Virus record (IMG/VR): IMGVR_UViG_3300032315_001433
Span: 1-24,082 of that record
Source of the DNA: a virus
Lineage: Duplodnaviria > Caudoviricetes
Reading direction: 5' to 3' (one strand)
Length of the DNA stretch: 24,082 bases
The position numbers were made by a program, and so were the translations under genes. The notes under the pieces are model-generated. The model was given only the letters and a program-made list of their open reading frames with translations, was not told the DNA's origin and did no database searches. This document shows, piece after piece, positions 9,701 to 17,260 of this stretch (position 1 is its first letter; the number at the start of each line of letters is the position of its first letter).

Positions 9701-11094
9701 GCATTGGCCCACGGGTAATGAGCAGGTGCACGGGAAGTAATAGTCTGTAGCTTGCCGGGGGCGGCGACAAAACCCTTTTGTGCATCATACAATGTATCGG
9801 TCTGTGCTTTAATTGGAATTGCAGTTACTGGCTTAGCAGAAGTAGTAGGCAATCCTTTATTAATGTTTACTTGTGAGCCATTGATATAAGTCAATCCGGC
9901 CGCATTCATAGACGCTTCTTGACCAGAATTAAGTGCTAGTGCCCCGCCCGCCTTAACTGTATATTTGCCTACTGCTTGTGTTTCAAAATTTTTACCTGCA
10001 CGTACTTTCAAATCTTGCTCACTATCGACATTAACAGTTTTACCACGTAAGTTTAATGTATCGGTAGCATGTATGTTTACGTTACGGTCTGCATGAATAT
10101 TGAAGTCCCCTTGAGTACGCATATTGATCGAGTTAGTTGAGTAGATATCGACGGTGCCTTCTTTACCCAATTCGACATATGACTGACCATTTGAATGCAA
10201 TATCTGCAACGTCTGACCGTCGTCACTCATCAAAATCTGATGACCCAATGAAGTTCTAAGTCTGATAAGTTGGTCGCGACCAATGATGTCTCCATCATCC
10301 ATGATCAACGAGTGGCCGCCACGTCGTGCTACCACCTTCAATTGCTCACCTTTCGTGGTATCTAAGTTAGAAGCGATAGTTTGATCGTCGTATCCACCCT
10401 CATATATAGGTCTACCCGGAGTAGCTACACCCCAGCCAACACGCGAAACAGCTTCACGAGATGCACTAGAACCTATGGGTCCTCTTAGAGGGTCACGTAT
10501 AATTCCCTGTTGGTGCATGATCGATGCCGTATAACTATGAACCGGTCTAGGAGAATTTAAGAATTCATTGCTATCTCTTAGGTCAGCGTTATTGGTATTG
10601 AAGTTGGATGTCGGTAATCTTGTTGCTCCACCGTAGCTCTCTGCTTCTCCAGAATTAGGAACGACAGAATCTGCACCGCCGATAGCTGGGAGCATATGCA
10701 ATGCTTCTGGATTGGGAATCGCGCCTATATAGAATCCATAGTTAGGATCGCCGTTAATAAACAAGCAAATTACTTCAGTTCCTATATCGGGCGGTGCTTG
10801 CCATTGACCATACGAACTCGTATTGTCAACGTAAGAGCCCAAACCGGTTTGACCTGCTTGCGGGGTCACCCTACCAAAAAAACTACTTAAAAAGTTAACA
10901 GTTACCCAGTTAGCTGAATCATCAGAATTTGGACTTCCTTGCTCACTGAGATAAACTTTGATTCTGCCGGCACGGGTTGGATCGATATTATCCTTAACAA
11001 TTCCAATCATTGGAACATCATACGTGACTCCGCCACCGGAATCATGCTTAGTTCCCTTTATCCGACCTTTAAGCTTAATATCATCTAGTGCCAT
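6793..11094 (-). CDS. gp5: Baseplate central spike, gp5/VgrG-like, with ~970-aa low-complexity C-terminal extension
   Basis: OB-fold motifs IGIVKDNIDPTRAGRIKVY and PPDIGTEVICLFINGDPNYGFYIG; RTSLGHQILMSD..HSNGQSYVEL then beta-helix-like repeats (INMRTQGDFNIHADRNVNIHA); APAHYPW near residue 456; the rest is Gly/Ser/Ala/Leu-rich. Confidence 0.85.
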   Translation of the reverse strand: MALDDIKLKGRIKGTKHDSGGGVTYDVPMIGIVKDNIDPTRAGRIKVYLSEQGSPNSDDSANWVTVNFLSSFFGRVTPQAGQTGLGSYVDNTSSYGQWQAPPDIGTEVICLFINGDPNYGFYIGAIPNPEALHMLPAIGGADSVVPNSGEAESYGGATRLPTSNFNTNNADLRDSNEFLNSPRPVHSYTASIMHQQGIIRDPLRGPIGSSASREAVSRVGWGVATPGRPIYEGGYDDQTIASNLDTTKGEQLKVVARRGGHSLIMDDGDIIGRDQLIRLRTSLGHQILMSDDGQTLQILHSNGQSYVELGKEGTVDIYSTNSINMRTQGDFNIHADRNVNIHATDTLNLRGKTVNVDSEQDLKVRAGKNFETQAVGKYTVKAGGALALNSGQEASMNAAGLTYINGSQVNINKGLPTTSAKPVTAIPIKAQTDTLYDAQKGFVAAPGKLQTITSRAPAHYPWANAGQGIDIKNSLNAEDNIPQSPSPSVQQVNQAASTVGVAPPAETTNQSVPVVQPVSPGMDVNTTSAVLSQIATSASLGPLSAAVDIGTAIVNIGNGAKAGAIGSFAMTPTQMASSGVIKPGSDILINRLIQAGKSIAQSLPNSMFTGIAGASTLSSFVSNTTSQTEAMVNNLQKAQKALGMIGVITGKESPSMLSGLITAAATVGVSQTVHAVKHATQSVAVSGAENALGGSTAGSSTNAPNGNINQFGNSIIGALTQVLNPLGSPASGVLGSIPNGQSTVINALRAIGAGSVAGKLASLTGGLGGISQSIGGLFGNSNSTGGDLASASIADRGVAAAAFQSIVSSFVPLTPGVAQSLSAIAQSAAAGKALNSSQITQLGSSLISSLSGSSVNVSGVVSGLDRLSRLGNATGALGGLSGLGNATGALGGLSGLGSAAGALGGLAGLGGLGGLAGLAGLGGSGAVSIGGVLTFSSLGKLAAGVITGGNSFGIGGILNIAKGGIAGQKVAGLVQNGVSGAINSALGSVTGSVDARLGSQIAGVANAGLARILTGAVNNAVGSTGGPISGLLNNAVNGVVNNISAGSINDTIAGITGVASVIQHGSAASASSSDTANATTIGGITGIINSTTTATANLGNVAGKVQNAVDNVTNISGAGSSGISGGISSLIKAASATQSGSKSSVASLISSGISSLPAGLNSISTVLNKAVNITNSIPGAEKLSGLIKDAQSAVMNGLPNIVNSVIGKNNSLGSLIATGLSIGEGSQLSSILASLSSSGKSQIKLPQVGFNTFAREAITAKISNLLGNPKIPLPNLLGEVPPDLQNAIAALTNISNEIFKVQDELGQQDQKIEQAKNAFYAAERNLPQGDPTITQLRLVWKQTVNDPARLRLLERLDELGSGTRGVNINSSSSGTGVVSAVQSITSTLTGIPNPGTRTTGSDSLSGSSRDVASLFNALASSTTTVSNIGRNST
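8381..8499. repeat. In-frame 39-bp tandem repeat in the gp5-like extension (GNATGALGGLSGL)
   Basis: tacctaatccacttaatccacctaaggctcccgttgcat is exact at 8403-8441 and 8442-8480, with partial copies on both sides. Confidence 0.95.
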
Positions 11095-11110
11095 ACTTTA
11101 TTACCTAATT

Positions 11111-13378
11111 TTAGTTTTCGGGAGATTGAGGTTGGGAATTTGGAGGGGGAACAAAGACATTTTTATTATCTCCGGGAATGCTTCCTGGAAGTTCACCAGT
11201 ATTATTGGCAGTTCCACTATTGGATGTATTTGACCCAGTATTACTAGAAGAATCCCTGCGTTCGGAGGAGAATGGGTCTTCTGGGGATCCCATTGCGTTT
11301 ATAACACAGTTCAGTACTTGTTCGAATTTTCCAGAATTGAATGTACTTTTGACATCGGTTACATGATAGCATACACCTTGAATTAATTTCGACAGGCTTT
11401 CGGGATATTTCCAAAATTGTATGCTCTCGTTGATGTTCAGCAATCCGGTTCCAGCTGAGTAATCTACTGGTTCATTGAAATCTATTTCTATAAAAACCTG
11501 TCCGCCATTAGGATCAACCGTAAATCCGTCGCTGCCGTAAAATCTTTGATAAATTTGACTCTCTTCTGAATAAGTAGTGTCTTGCATGAGAAAATCTGGG
11601 TCACCCAAAATATTGACAGTAGCTGTCGCTGTTTTGGCGGGATCAAACAAATATGTCATCACGCTGCCCGGGGTAGCAGTTGACTGCGAGCCCAATAGAC
11701 CTTGTTTAGCATTAATGTGATCTACACCCTGAGGATCTCCGGGAACGCTAAGTTGATTTGCTCCAGGGTCAACTTGCCCGGGGGCCGTAGCAGTCGGTGA
11801 ATTATTAGGCGGGCCACCTAATACAATAACGTAATAAGCGGTATCAAGTTGCTGGGTATATCCGATAATTTCAGAATTTTCGCCAGTATACCAATATTTA
11901 TATCGTTTGTGCGGGCCATAGTAGCGACTGCCGGGGTTAGCAAACGCGCTATCGATAACAGGAGTCAGGTAAATTTGTATCTGATATGTTATATCATATG
12001 CCCACGAACCCAATATCTTATCCCACCTAGCATTTGAAAGTACCGGATTACAAGTATACCATTTCATTGCTGCTTTTGAATTGGGTATGTTTGCATTTCT
12101 TACTTTTTTAGCAAAGTCTGGCTCAGTCGCAGTAGTATACACCAGTTGAAGCGCGTCTCTCAAAAAAGTGCTCTGTGATATTATTTGATTTATTGCCTGT
12201 AATATAGGCATTGGTGGCAAACTATAGCTTCGCTTGTCTTTATCAGGAGTTGATATTAATTCTAGCCCGGGGTTAGATTCTAATCGCGACTTTGCATTCG
12301 AACCTGGATATTTATATTTGTTGATATCTTCTGGGGTAGCGATCTCAGCCATGGCAATCTGATCAGCGTCGCCTATAAATTTTATTGCGTAATTATTAGC
12401 TTCTTGTCTAGCGGGCGGAGTTTTTTTAGTATCAGCTTGTTGCTCGTTTGTTAGGTTTTCCATCAGACTGCGCAATAGTTCACCTACCGTTTTTCCGGTA
12501 ACATTTGTATTCTTTTTGATAGAGCCCAATCGCGGACTCAACGCTTCTTTGGGCGGTATTGCCGATGCGGTGCAATCGTACCTGACTGAGTTTCCATCAA
12601 TTTTGAATTTGATAGAAGTAATGAAAATATCATAAAACGTTTCAAATACTGCGTTTTGGGGTGAATTAATATCGACTGACCTATTGGTTGGGTCTAATAT
12701 ACTACCTCCAATTTTCTCAGAACCTGTTATGAGATTGCCGGCAATGTCATATCCATAAAAACGAATGCCTAATACAAAGAACTGTTTAGCTGGATTTTCT
12801 GGACCGTTACCCGTCCTAAGACCATCGCTGACAGACAGCCCCGATTTTACGTATTTTTCAATCGCATCTGCGGCCCTTCTGAGTTTAGTCAAAAAAGAAA
12901 ATCCATATGGTTCAGTAATCGAAAAAGTTACTTCAGTAACGTTTGCAGCAGATGAAGTAGATGGTCCACTTAGAAAATTCTTTATTGATAGATTGTCTAT
13001 TCCAAAATCATTAGTAAAACCTGGTGCTCGGTTATCGATTTTGTTGTTTATTCCCCCGCTCTGAGCAACTAGTAATGCTCCACCGCCCGTCCTTTTACCG
13101 GTTACTGGATCTATGCCTCGGCCGGGCAATGATTCACTAAATGCATTGATACGTCGGCGGCCGCTCTGAATAAATGCATCGTATGCATCAGGAGTAATCA
13201 TGTATAAACTAATTTGATAATTATAGCTAGCAAATTTTCCTAAAGGATTAAACAATCGTTTTCCCGGAACAAGAAGGTCTGACGTTTCTTTCCTGATTGT
13301 TGGAGTTGAAGTTGCGGGCGGGTTACGGTTTTGTCTGTCGTCGTCAGCCGACCCGACAATTTCTGTATGTTCTGCCAT
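11111..13378 (-). CDS. Baseplate hub protein, probably gp27/gpD-like
   Basis: 755 aa between the LysM/gp53-like and gp5-like genes; NPLGKFASYNYQISLY, FSITEPYGFSFL, ATVNILGDPDFL and CYHVTDVKSTFNSGKFEQVL resemble hub proteins of contractile tails. Confidence 0.6.
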   Translation of the reverse strand: MAEHTEIVGSADDDRQNRNPPATSTPTIRKETSDLLVPGKRLFNPLGKFASYNYQISLYMITPDAYDAFIQSGRRRINAFSESLPGRGIDPVTGKRTGGGALLVAQSGGINNKIDNRAPGFTNDFGIDNLSIKNFLSGPSTSSAANVTEVTFSITEPYGFSFLTKLRRAADAIEKYVKSGLSVSDGLRTGNGPENPAKQFFVLGIRFYGYDIAGNLITGSEKIGGSILDPTNRSVDINSPQNAVFETFYDIFITSIKFKIDGNSVRYDCTASAIPPKEALSPRLGSIKKNTNVTGKTVGELLRSLMENLTNEQQADTKKTPPARQEANNYAIKFIGDADQIAMAEIATPEDINKYKYPGSNAKSRLESNPGLELISTPDKDKRSYSLPPMPILQAINQIISQSTFLRDALQLVYTTATEPDFAKKVRNANIPNSKAAMKWYTCNPVLSNARWDKILGSWAYDITYQIQIYLTPVIDSAFANPGSRYYGPHKRYKYWYTGENSEIIGYTQQLDTAYYVIVLGGPPNNSPTATAPGQVDPGANQLSVPGDPQGVDHINAKQGLLGSQSTATPGSVMTYLFDPAKTATATVNILGDPDFLMQDTTYSEESQIYQRFYGSDGFTVDPNGGQVFIEIDFNEPVDYSAGTGLLNINESIQFWKYPESLSKLIQGVCYHVTDVKSTFNSGKFEQVLNCVINAMGSPEDPFSSERRDSSSNTGSNTSNSGTANNTGELPGSIPGDNKNVFVPPPNSQPQSPEN

Positions 13379-13379
13379 A

Positions 13380-13694
13380 TTAGATACCTAGCACGCTAAC
13401 TAGAGTAGTCATTTTAGGTACGTATATTCCTACGCCTGCTTTAAAGTTAAAGTAAGGGTCTTCGCCTAAACGATTTGGATTACGAGCAGCAAATACCCAC
13501 CACAACTTCGCATCGCCGTATAAATCATATGCTAATAAGTCTGGTCTATATTGATAGGTCGTAGTAATTTCCATATAAACATCGTTTACGTCTTTGGGAA
13601 TATCTCTATATACCAAAACATCTAGATATTTGGCGCTCACTATATTAGTCTGAGTATAGGGACTTGTTGGGGGATATATTCCTTGATTACTCAT
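13380..13694 (-). CDS. gp53: Baseplate wedge protein, gp53/LysM-like (104 aa)
   Basis: YQYRPDLLAYDLYGDAKLWWVFAARNP motif typical of gp53-like proteins; ATG at 13694 overlaps the upstream stop (TAATG), suggesting translational coupling. Confidence 0.75.
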   Translation of the reverse strand: MSNQGIYPPTSPYTQTNIVSAKYLDVLVYRDIPKDVNDVYMEITTTYQYRPDLLAYDLYGDAKLWWVFAARNPNRLGEDPYFNFKAGVGIYVPKMTTLVSVLGI

Positions 13695-15151
13695 TACCAC
13701 ATACCTCCACCGGCCCGTGTAGATCCTAACATGAGATTTCCTGTTGCATATTCTTTGAGACTGAACTCGTTTGAAATTTGATTTCTACTGATAATCGGTA
13801 ACGCAGCGATTGCTAATTCAATTTTAGTAGGCACCCAAGTTACTGTGGGAGAGGATTGTCGGGCTGCAAGCAGTGCCGATAATCGGCGGCGCACTCCACC
13901 GTGGCCAACCCCCGGCGGCAGTTGACGTTGGTTATCAATGGACTTTTCTGTTTCATAAAGGTTTGAAGGAGTTATGATTGCGGCAGATTCAGGTGCAGTT
14001 GTTCTAATGTAGTCTACATCAGGTGGCAAGGTGTAAGTAAGACTGGTGATCGCTAAAGGATGCGCTTGAAACTGAAAATCTCCTAATCCATACATGTAAC
14101 ATAACGGAGGAGGAGTACCGCGTATAGGATATTCGTCCTGCCCATAGAACATCTTAGTCATTGATCTAAAAAAGTGTATGACTGCGATTAGATATCTTGC
14201 TTCGAATACGTCTTGACATGTAAACTCAGCACTTATAGTAATCTGATCTACCGAACTTGCAATATACTGGTGTATCTTATAATTACTATGTGTTAACTTA
14301 GTCTCTCCGTATTCTGCGGCGTAGGAGAGACCAATTTTAGGTGTGTATGGAAATATCACACCTTCGGTTTTTGCCAACGGAGCCAGTACACTGTTTTCAG
14401 CGTCGGGGGCATTATATAGATAGGTAGAGCCCGGTGATAGAGACAAACGAACACGCCAATCTTTTGAAGATCCAACCTTAGTTTGATCTTGCACCGTTGC
14501 TTCTGCTTCAACCACGTCGATCGGTCCCTGTAGTCCAGTGGGTGGATTAGTTGAAGCTGTGGCTGTGGCTGTGGTTGTAGCTGCGCCATTCGCTCTACGT
14601 ACAGTGTCTTTTGCTGGAAAAGACGAAGGTGGCGAGATAGACCAAGCTGCTCTGTTTGCAGTATTAATCACATTTCCTGAAAATTTGTAGTAATCGAGCG
14701 CACTGTTAATATCACTACTCATCTGGTTCATGGCGCCGTTTGGGCCAACCGAGAAGCGGCCGTTATCTTCTTTTTTGATGACTAGAAGCTGTCCATTAGT
14801 ATCGCCTCTGGTACCTCTGCCAGTCCATACAGTTCCTACGGGTGCACCAGCGAATGCTTCCCTAGCAGTTCGACCACCGGTCGTTGCTTGTACCGGAGCG
14901 GTTTTCCCAGTCTCAGGTGCTTCTGTAGTACCGCCCGTGACCCTACCCATCTTATCTCGTTGGAATGTTGCAGCGGCGCTTTCTACCCCGATATAATATT
15001 CACCTGATTGACCGTTTTGAAAATATTGCCACTGATTCTCACCGGTCTTTTTCAAGAACTTAGTATAACCTTGCGGGTCCTTGCCTGAATACAACGCACC
15101 AATTGGTGCGGCTTTTAGGTTGATTATAAGTTGTTGTGTCGCTGTTGTCAT
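13694..15151 (-). CDS. Tail-tube initiator / baseplate-tube junction protein (gp48/gp54-like fold) with ~220-aa N-terminal extension
   Basis: C-terminal half DWRVRL..GVIFPYTPKI..LTHSNY..ITISAEFT..HFFRSMTKMFYG..GTPPPLC..YTLPPDVDYI resembles contractile-tail tube-like proteins; first gene of the baseplate cluster. Confidence 0.6.
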   Translation of the reverse strand: MTTATQQLIINLKAAPIGALYSGKDPQGYTKFLKKTGENQWQYFQNGQSGEYYIGVESAAATFQRDKMGRVTGGTTEAPETGKTAPVQATTGGRTAREAFAGAPVGTVWTGRGTRGDTNGQLLVIKKEDNGRFSVGPNGAMNQMSSDINSALDYYKFSGNVINTANRAAWSISPPSSFPAKDTVRRANGAATTTATATASTNPPTGLQGPIDVVEAEATVQDQTKVGSSKDWRVRLSLSPGSTYLYNAPDAENSVLAPLAKTEGVIFPYTPKIGLSYAAEYGETKLTHSNYKIHQYIASSVDQITISAEFTCQDVFEARYLIAVIHFFRSMTKMFYGQDEYPIRGTPPPLCYMYGLGDFQFQAHPLAITSLTYTLPPDVDYIRTTAPESAAIITPSNLYETEKSIDNQRQLPPGVGHGGVRRRLSALLAARQSSPTVTWVPTKIELAIAALPIISRNQISNEFSLKEYATGNLMLGSTRAGGGMW

Positions 15152-15179
15152 TCTTTGCAGTACCTAAACAAATTATTCA

Positions 15180-15219
15180 TATTTACACCACGCATAAATA
15201 TAGTCTGAATGTATTTATC
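15180..15219. promoter_or_regulatory. Cluster of late-promoter boxes: GATAAATA (minus, 15219-15212), CATAAATA (plus, 15193-15200), TGTAAATA (minus, 15187-15180)
   Basis: Three TAAATA cores in 40 bp of the divergent intergenic region between the baseplate operon and gp55. Confidence 0.65.
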
Positions 15220-15252
15220 GCTCGAAAATCATCGAATTTTTACCCTAATCAG

Positions 15253-15281
15253 TTGTATTTTTGCAACAGTGATAGTATCAT
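15253..15281 (+). promoter_or_regulatory. Sigma70-like promoter for gp55
   Basis: TTGTAT (15253-15258), 17-bp spacer, TATCAT (15276-15281), upstream of the AAGGA RBS at 15299-15303. Confidence 0.5.
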
Positions 15282-15309
15282 ACAAATTATAATCATAGAA
15301 GGATTAGAT

Positions 15310-16194
15310 GTGGCTATAAAGAAACCAATCAATTATTTAAATAACAAGGATATCTTAAAAGAAATCCATATCAGCAAGAACTCATATTGCTATTATGTTG
15401 ACCCAGATTATCACAGATATGACCTAATTATCGATCAACCAGAATCTACGTTAGCTGGTAGTTTAGAATTTGCTGCTAAACCTGAACAGATCGAACTAGC
15501 AAGAGAAACACGCGCAACTAGATTGTCAATTGAATCCGGTGAGAAAGTGGACCCAAACTCAATTCCAATTCAGGATCTGATTTTTCGTGTTATGACTTGG
15601 GACCACATTCCGATCGCAGCAAAACAACCAAGAAAACCCAACAAGAAGACTGCAACAGCTATATTGATCTTTGACGACGATGACAGCAATGAGTTTTCTG
15701 ACCTAGAAGACGATACAACAAAAGCTGAAGTGGATGACATGGTCCACGCGAAGGTAAACTTTCCTCCGTTCCAGCATTATAAATTAGATGACACTAACGT
15801 ATTCCGTTGTGTGGGGAAATCACATTGGGTAGGCGGTATTGAAAATGGTTCCTTCTCTAAAGATCACGGAAATATCACTAACAAACTAGCTCGCATGTAC
15901 ATGATGCTTTGTGAGAAATATGCTATGAAGTACAATTGGCGTGGTTATACCTACAATGATGAGATGAAAAACAGCGCAATACTTCAACTCACATATGTTG
16001 GACTTCGATTCAACGAAGCAAAGTCGGCTAACCCGTTTGCTTACTATACAGCGGCTATTACTAATTCCTTCTGCCGAGTACTGAATACAGAAAAGAGATC
16101 ACAGAACATTCGTGATGATATTTTAGAGATGAATGGTTTAAACCCATCGTTTTCTCGGCAAGCAAAAGGCACAAAGATGCAACTAGAGCCTTAA
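15310..16194 (+). CDS. gp55: Late-transcription sigma factor, T4 gp55-like (294 aa)
   Basis: NYLNNKDILKEI at the N-terminus; NWRGYTYNDEM..AILQL..FNEAKSANPFAYYT..NSFCRVLNTEKRSQ are gp55 hallmarks; precedes gp47/gp46 as in T4-like phages. Start taken as GTG 15310 with AAGGA 6 nt upstream instead of 15136. Confidence 0.85.
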   Translation: MAIKKPINYLNNKDILKEIHISKNSYCYYVDPDYHRYDLIIDQPESTLAGSLEFAAKPEQIELARETRATRLSIESGEKVDPNSIPIQDLIFRVMTWDHIPIAAKQPRKPNKKTATAILIFDDDDSNEFSDLEDDTTKAEVDDMVHAKVNFPPFQHYKLDDTNVFRCVGKSHWVGGIENGSFSKDHGNITNKLARMYMMLCEKYAMKYNWRGYTYNDEMKNSAILQLTYVGLRFNEAKSANPFAYYTAAITNSFCRVLNTEKRSQNIRDDILEMNGLNPSFSRQAKGTKMQLEP

Positions 16195-16208
16195 GTTAAC
16201 CAAACCTA

Positions 16209-16237
16209 TTGTTTAATAATCTATAAGGTGATATAAT
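16209..16237 (+). promoter_or_regulatory. Sigma70-like extended -10 promoter for gp47-gp46
   Basis: TTGTTT (16209-16214), 17-bp spacer, TG-A-TATAAT (16229-16237); ATG 6 nt after the -10. Confidence 0.65.
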
Positions 16238-16243
16238 TATTCT

Positions 16244-17260
16244 ATGAGTAATTTGTTTAAAAAAGCTGCTATCTTTACCGATATTCATTTTGGTCTTAAA
16301 AGTAACAGTCTACAACATAACCAAGACTGTCTTGATTTCGTAGATTGGTTCATCGCCAAAGCCAAACAAGAAGGGTGTGAGACTTGTTTCTTCTTAGGTG
16401 ATTGGAATCACCATAGAGCAAGCATTAATATACACACCCTTCAGTTTGGTCTTCGGGCCCTAGAACGATTAAACGCTAGTTTCGAAAGAGTATACTTCAT
16501 TCCGGGCAACCACGATCTATATTATCGTGATCGTCGTGATATTCACTCAGTAGAGTGGGCATATCATCTTCCTAATGTTACCATTGTAAACGACTGGTTT
16601 CAACAAGATGATGTAGTCATTGCACCATGGTTAATAGGGGATGACTATAAAAAACTAGCAAAGATGAGTGGCAAATATTTGTTTGCTCATTTAGAATTGC
16701 CACATTTTTTCATGAATGCAATGATCGAGATGCCTGATCACGGCGAACTAAACTCTGATCACGTTTCTGGATTCGAACGTGTGTTTTCTGGTCACTTCCA
16801 CAAGAGACAAGCTCGCAAAAACATCTGGTATATCGGCAACGCATTTCCTCATAATTATGCAGATGCCGGCGATGATGCTCGCGGTATGATGGTACTTGAA
16901 TGGGACCAAGAACCAGAATTTTATTCATGGCCCGGTCAGCCTGTCTTTCGTGTTTATAAGTTGAGCGAAGTACTAGATAACCCAGATGGGTTACTTTTAC
17001 CTAAGGGAAATATTAGAGTGCATCTAGATATCGACATATCATACGAAGAAGCTAATTTTATTCGTGAAACCTTGATTCCAAAATACAACTTGCGAGAGAT
17101 GGCATTGATTCCTATCAAAAACAGTGAATATGCAACTGACCTTGCTCCCGGTGAAGTGAACTTCGAAAGTGTTGACAGTATCGTTATAGATCAAATCACC
17201 AAGATTGAAAGTGAATTCTATGATCCAAAACTACTACTGGAGTTATATCTTAACACATGA
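16244..17260 (+). CDS. gp47: Recombination endonuclease subunit, gp47/Mre11/SbcD-like metallophosphoesterase
   Basis: All phosphoesterase motifs present: FTDIHFG, FLGDWNH, IPGNHD, AHLE, SGHFH. Confidence 0.93.
   Translation: MSNLFKKAAIFTDIHFGLKSNSLQHNQDCLDFVDWFIAKAKQEGCETCFFLGDWNHHRASINIHTLQFGLRALERLNASFERVYFIPGNHDLYYRDRRDIHSVEWAYHLPNVTIVNDWFQQDDVVIAPWLIGDDYKKLAKMSGKYLFAHLELPHFFMNAMIEMPDHGELNSDHVSGFERVFSGHFHKRQARKNIWYIGNAFPHNYADAGDDARGMMVLEWDQEPEFYSWPGQPVFRVYKLSEVLDNPDGLLLPKGNIRVHLDIDISYEEANFIRETLIPKYNLREMALIPIKNSEYATDLAPGEVNFESVDSIVIDQITKIESEFYDPKLLLELYLNT

Noticed and set aside
1-15151. Bacterial T6SS or extracellular contractile injection system
   Set aside because: Linked gp55, gp46/47, resolvase and T4-type late promoters indicate a phage genome.
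15136-15309. 58-aa N-terminal extension of gp55 in the ORF track
   Set aside because: Overlaps the divergent gene start and promoter boxes; GTG 15310 has a good AAGGA RBS and starts the conserved sequence.
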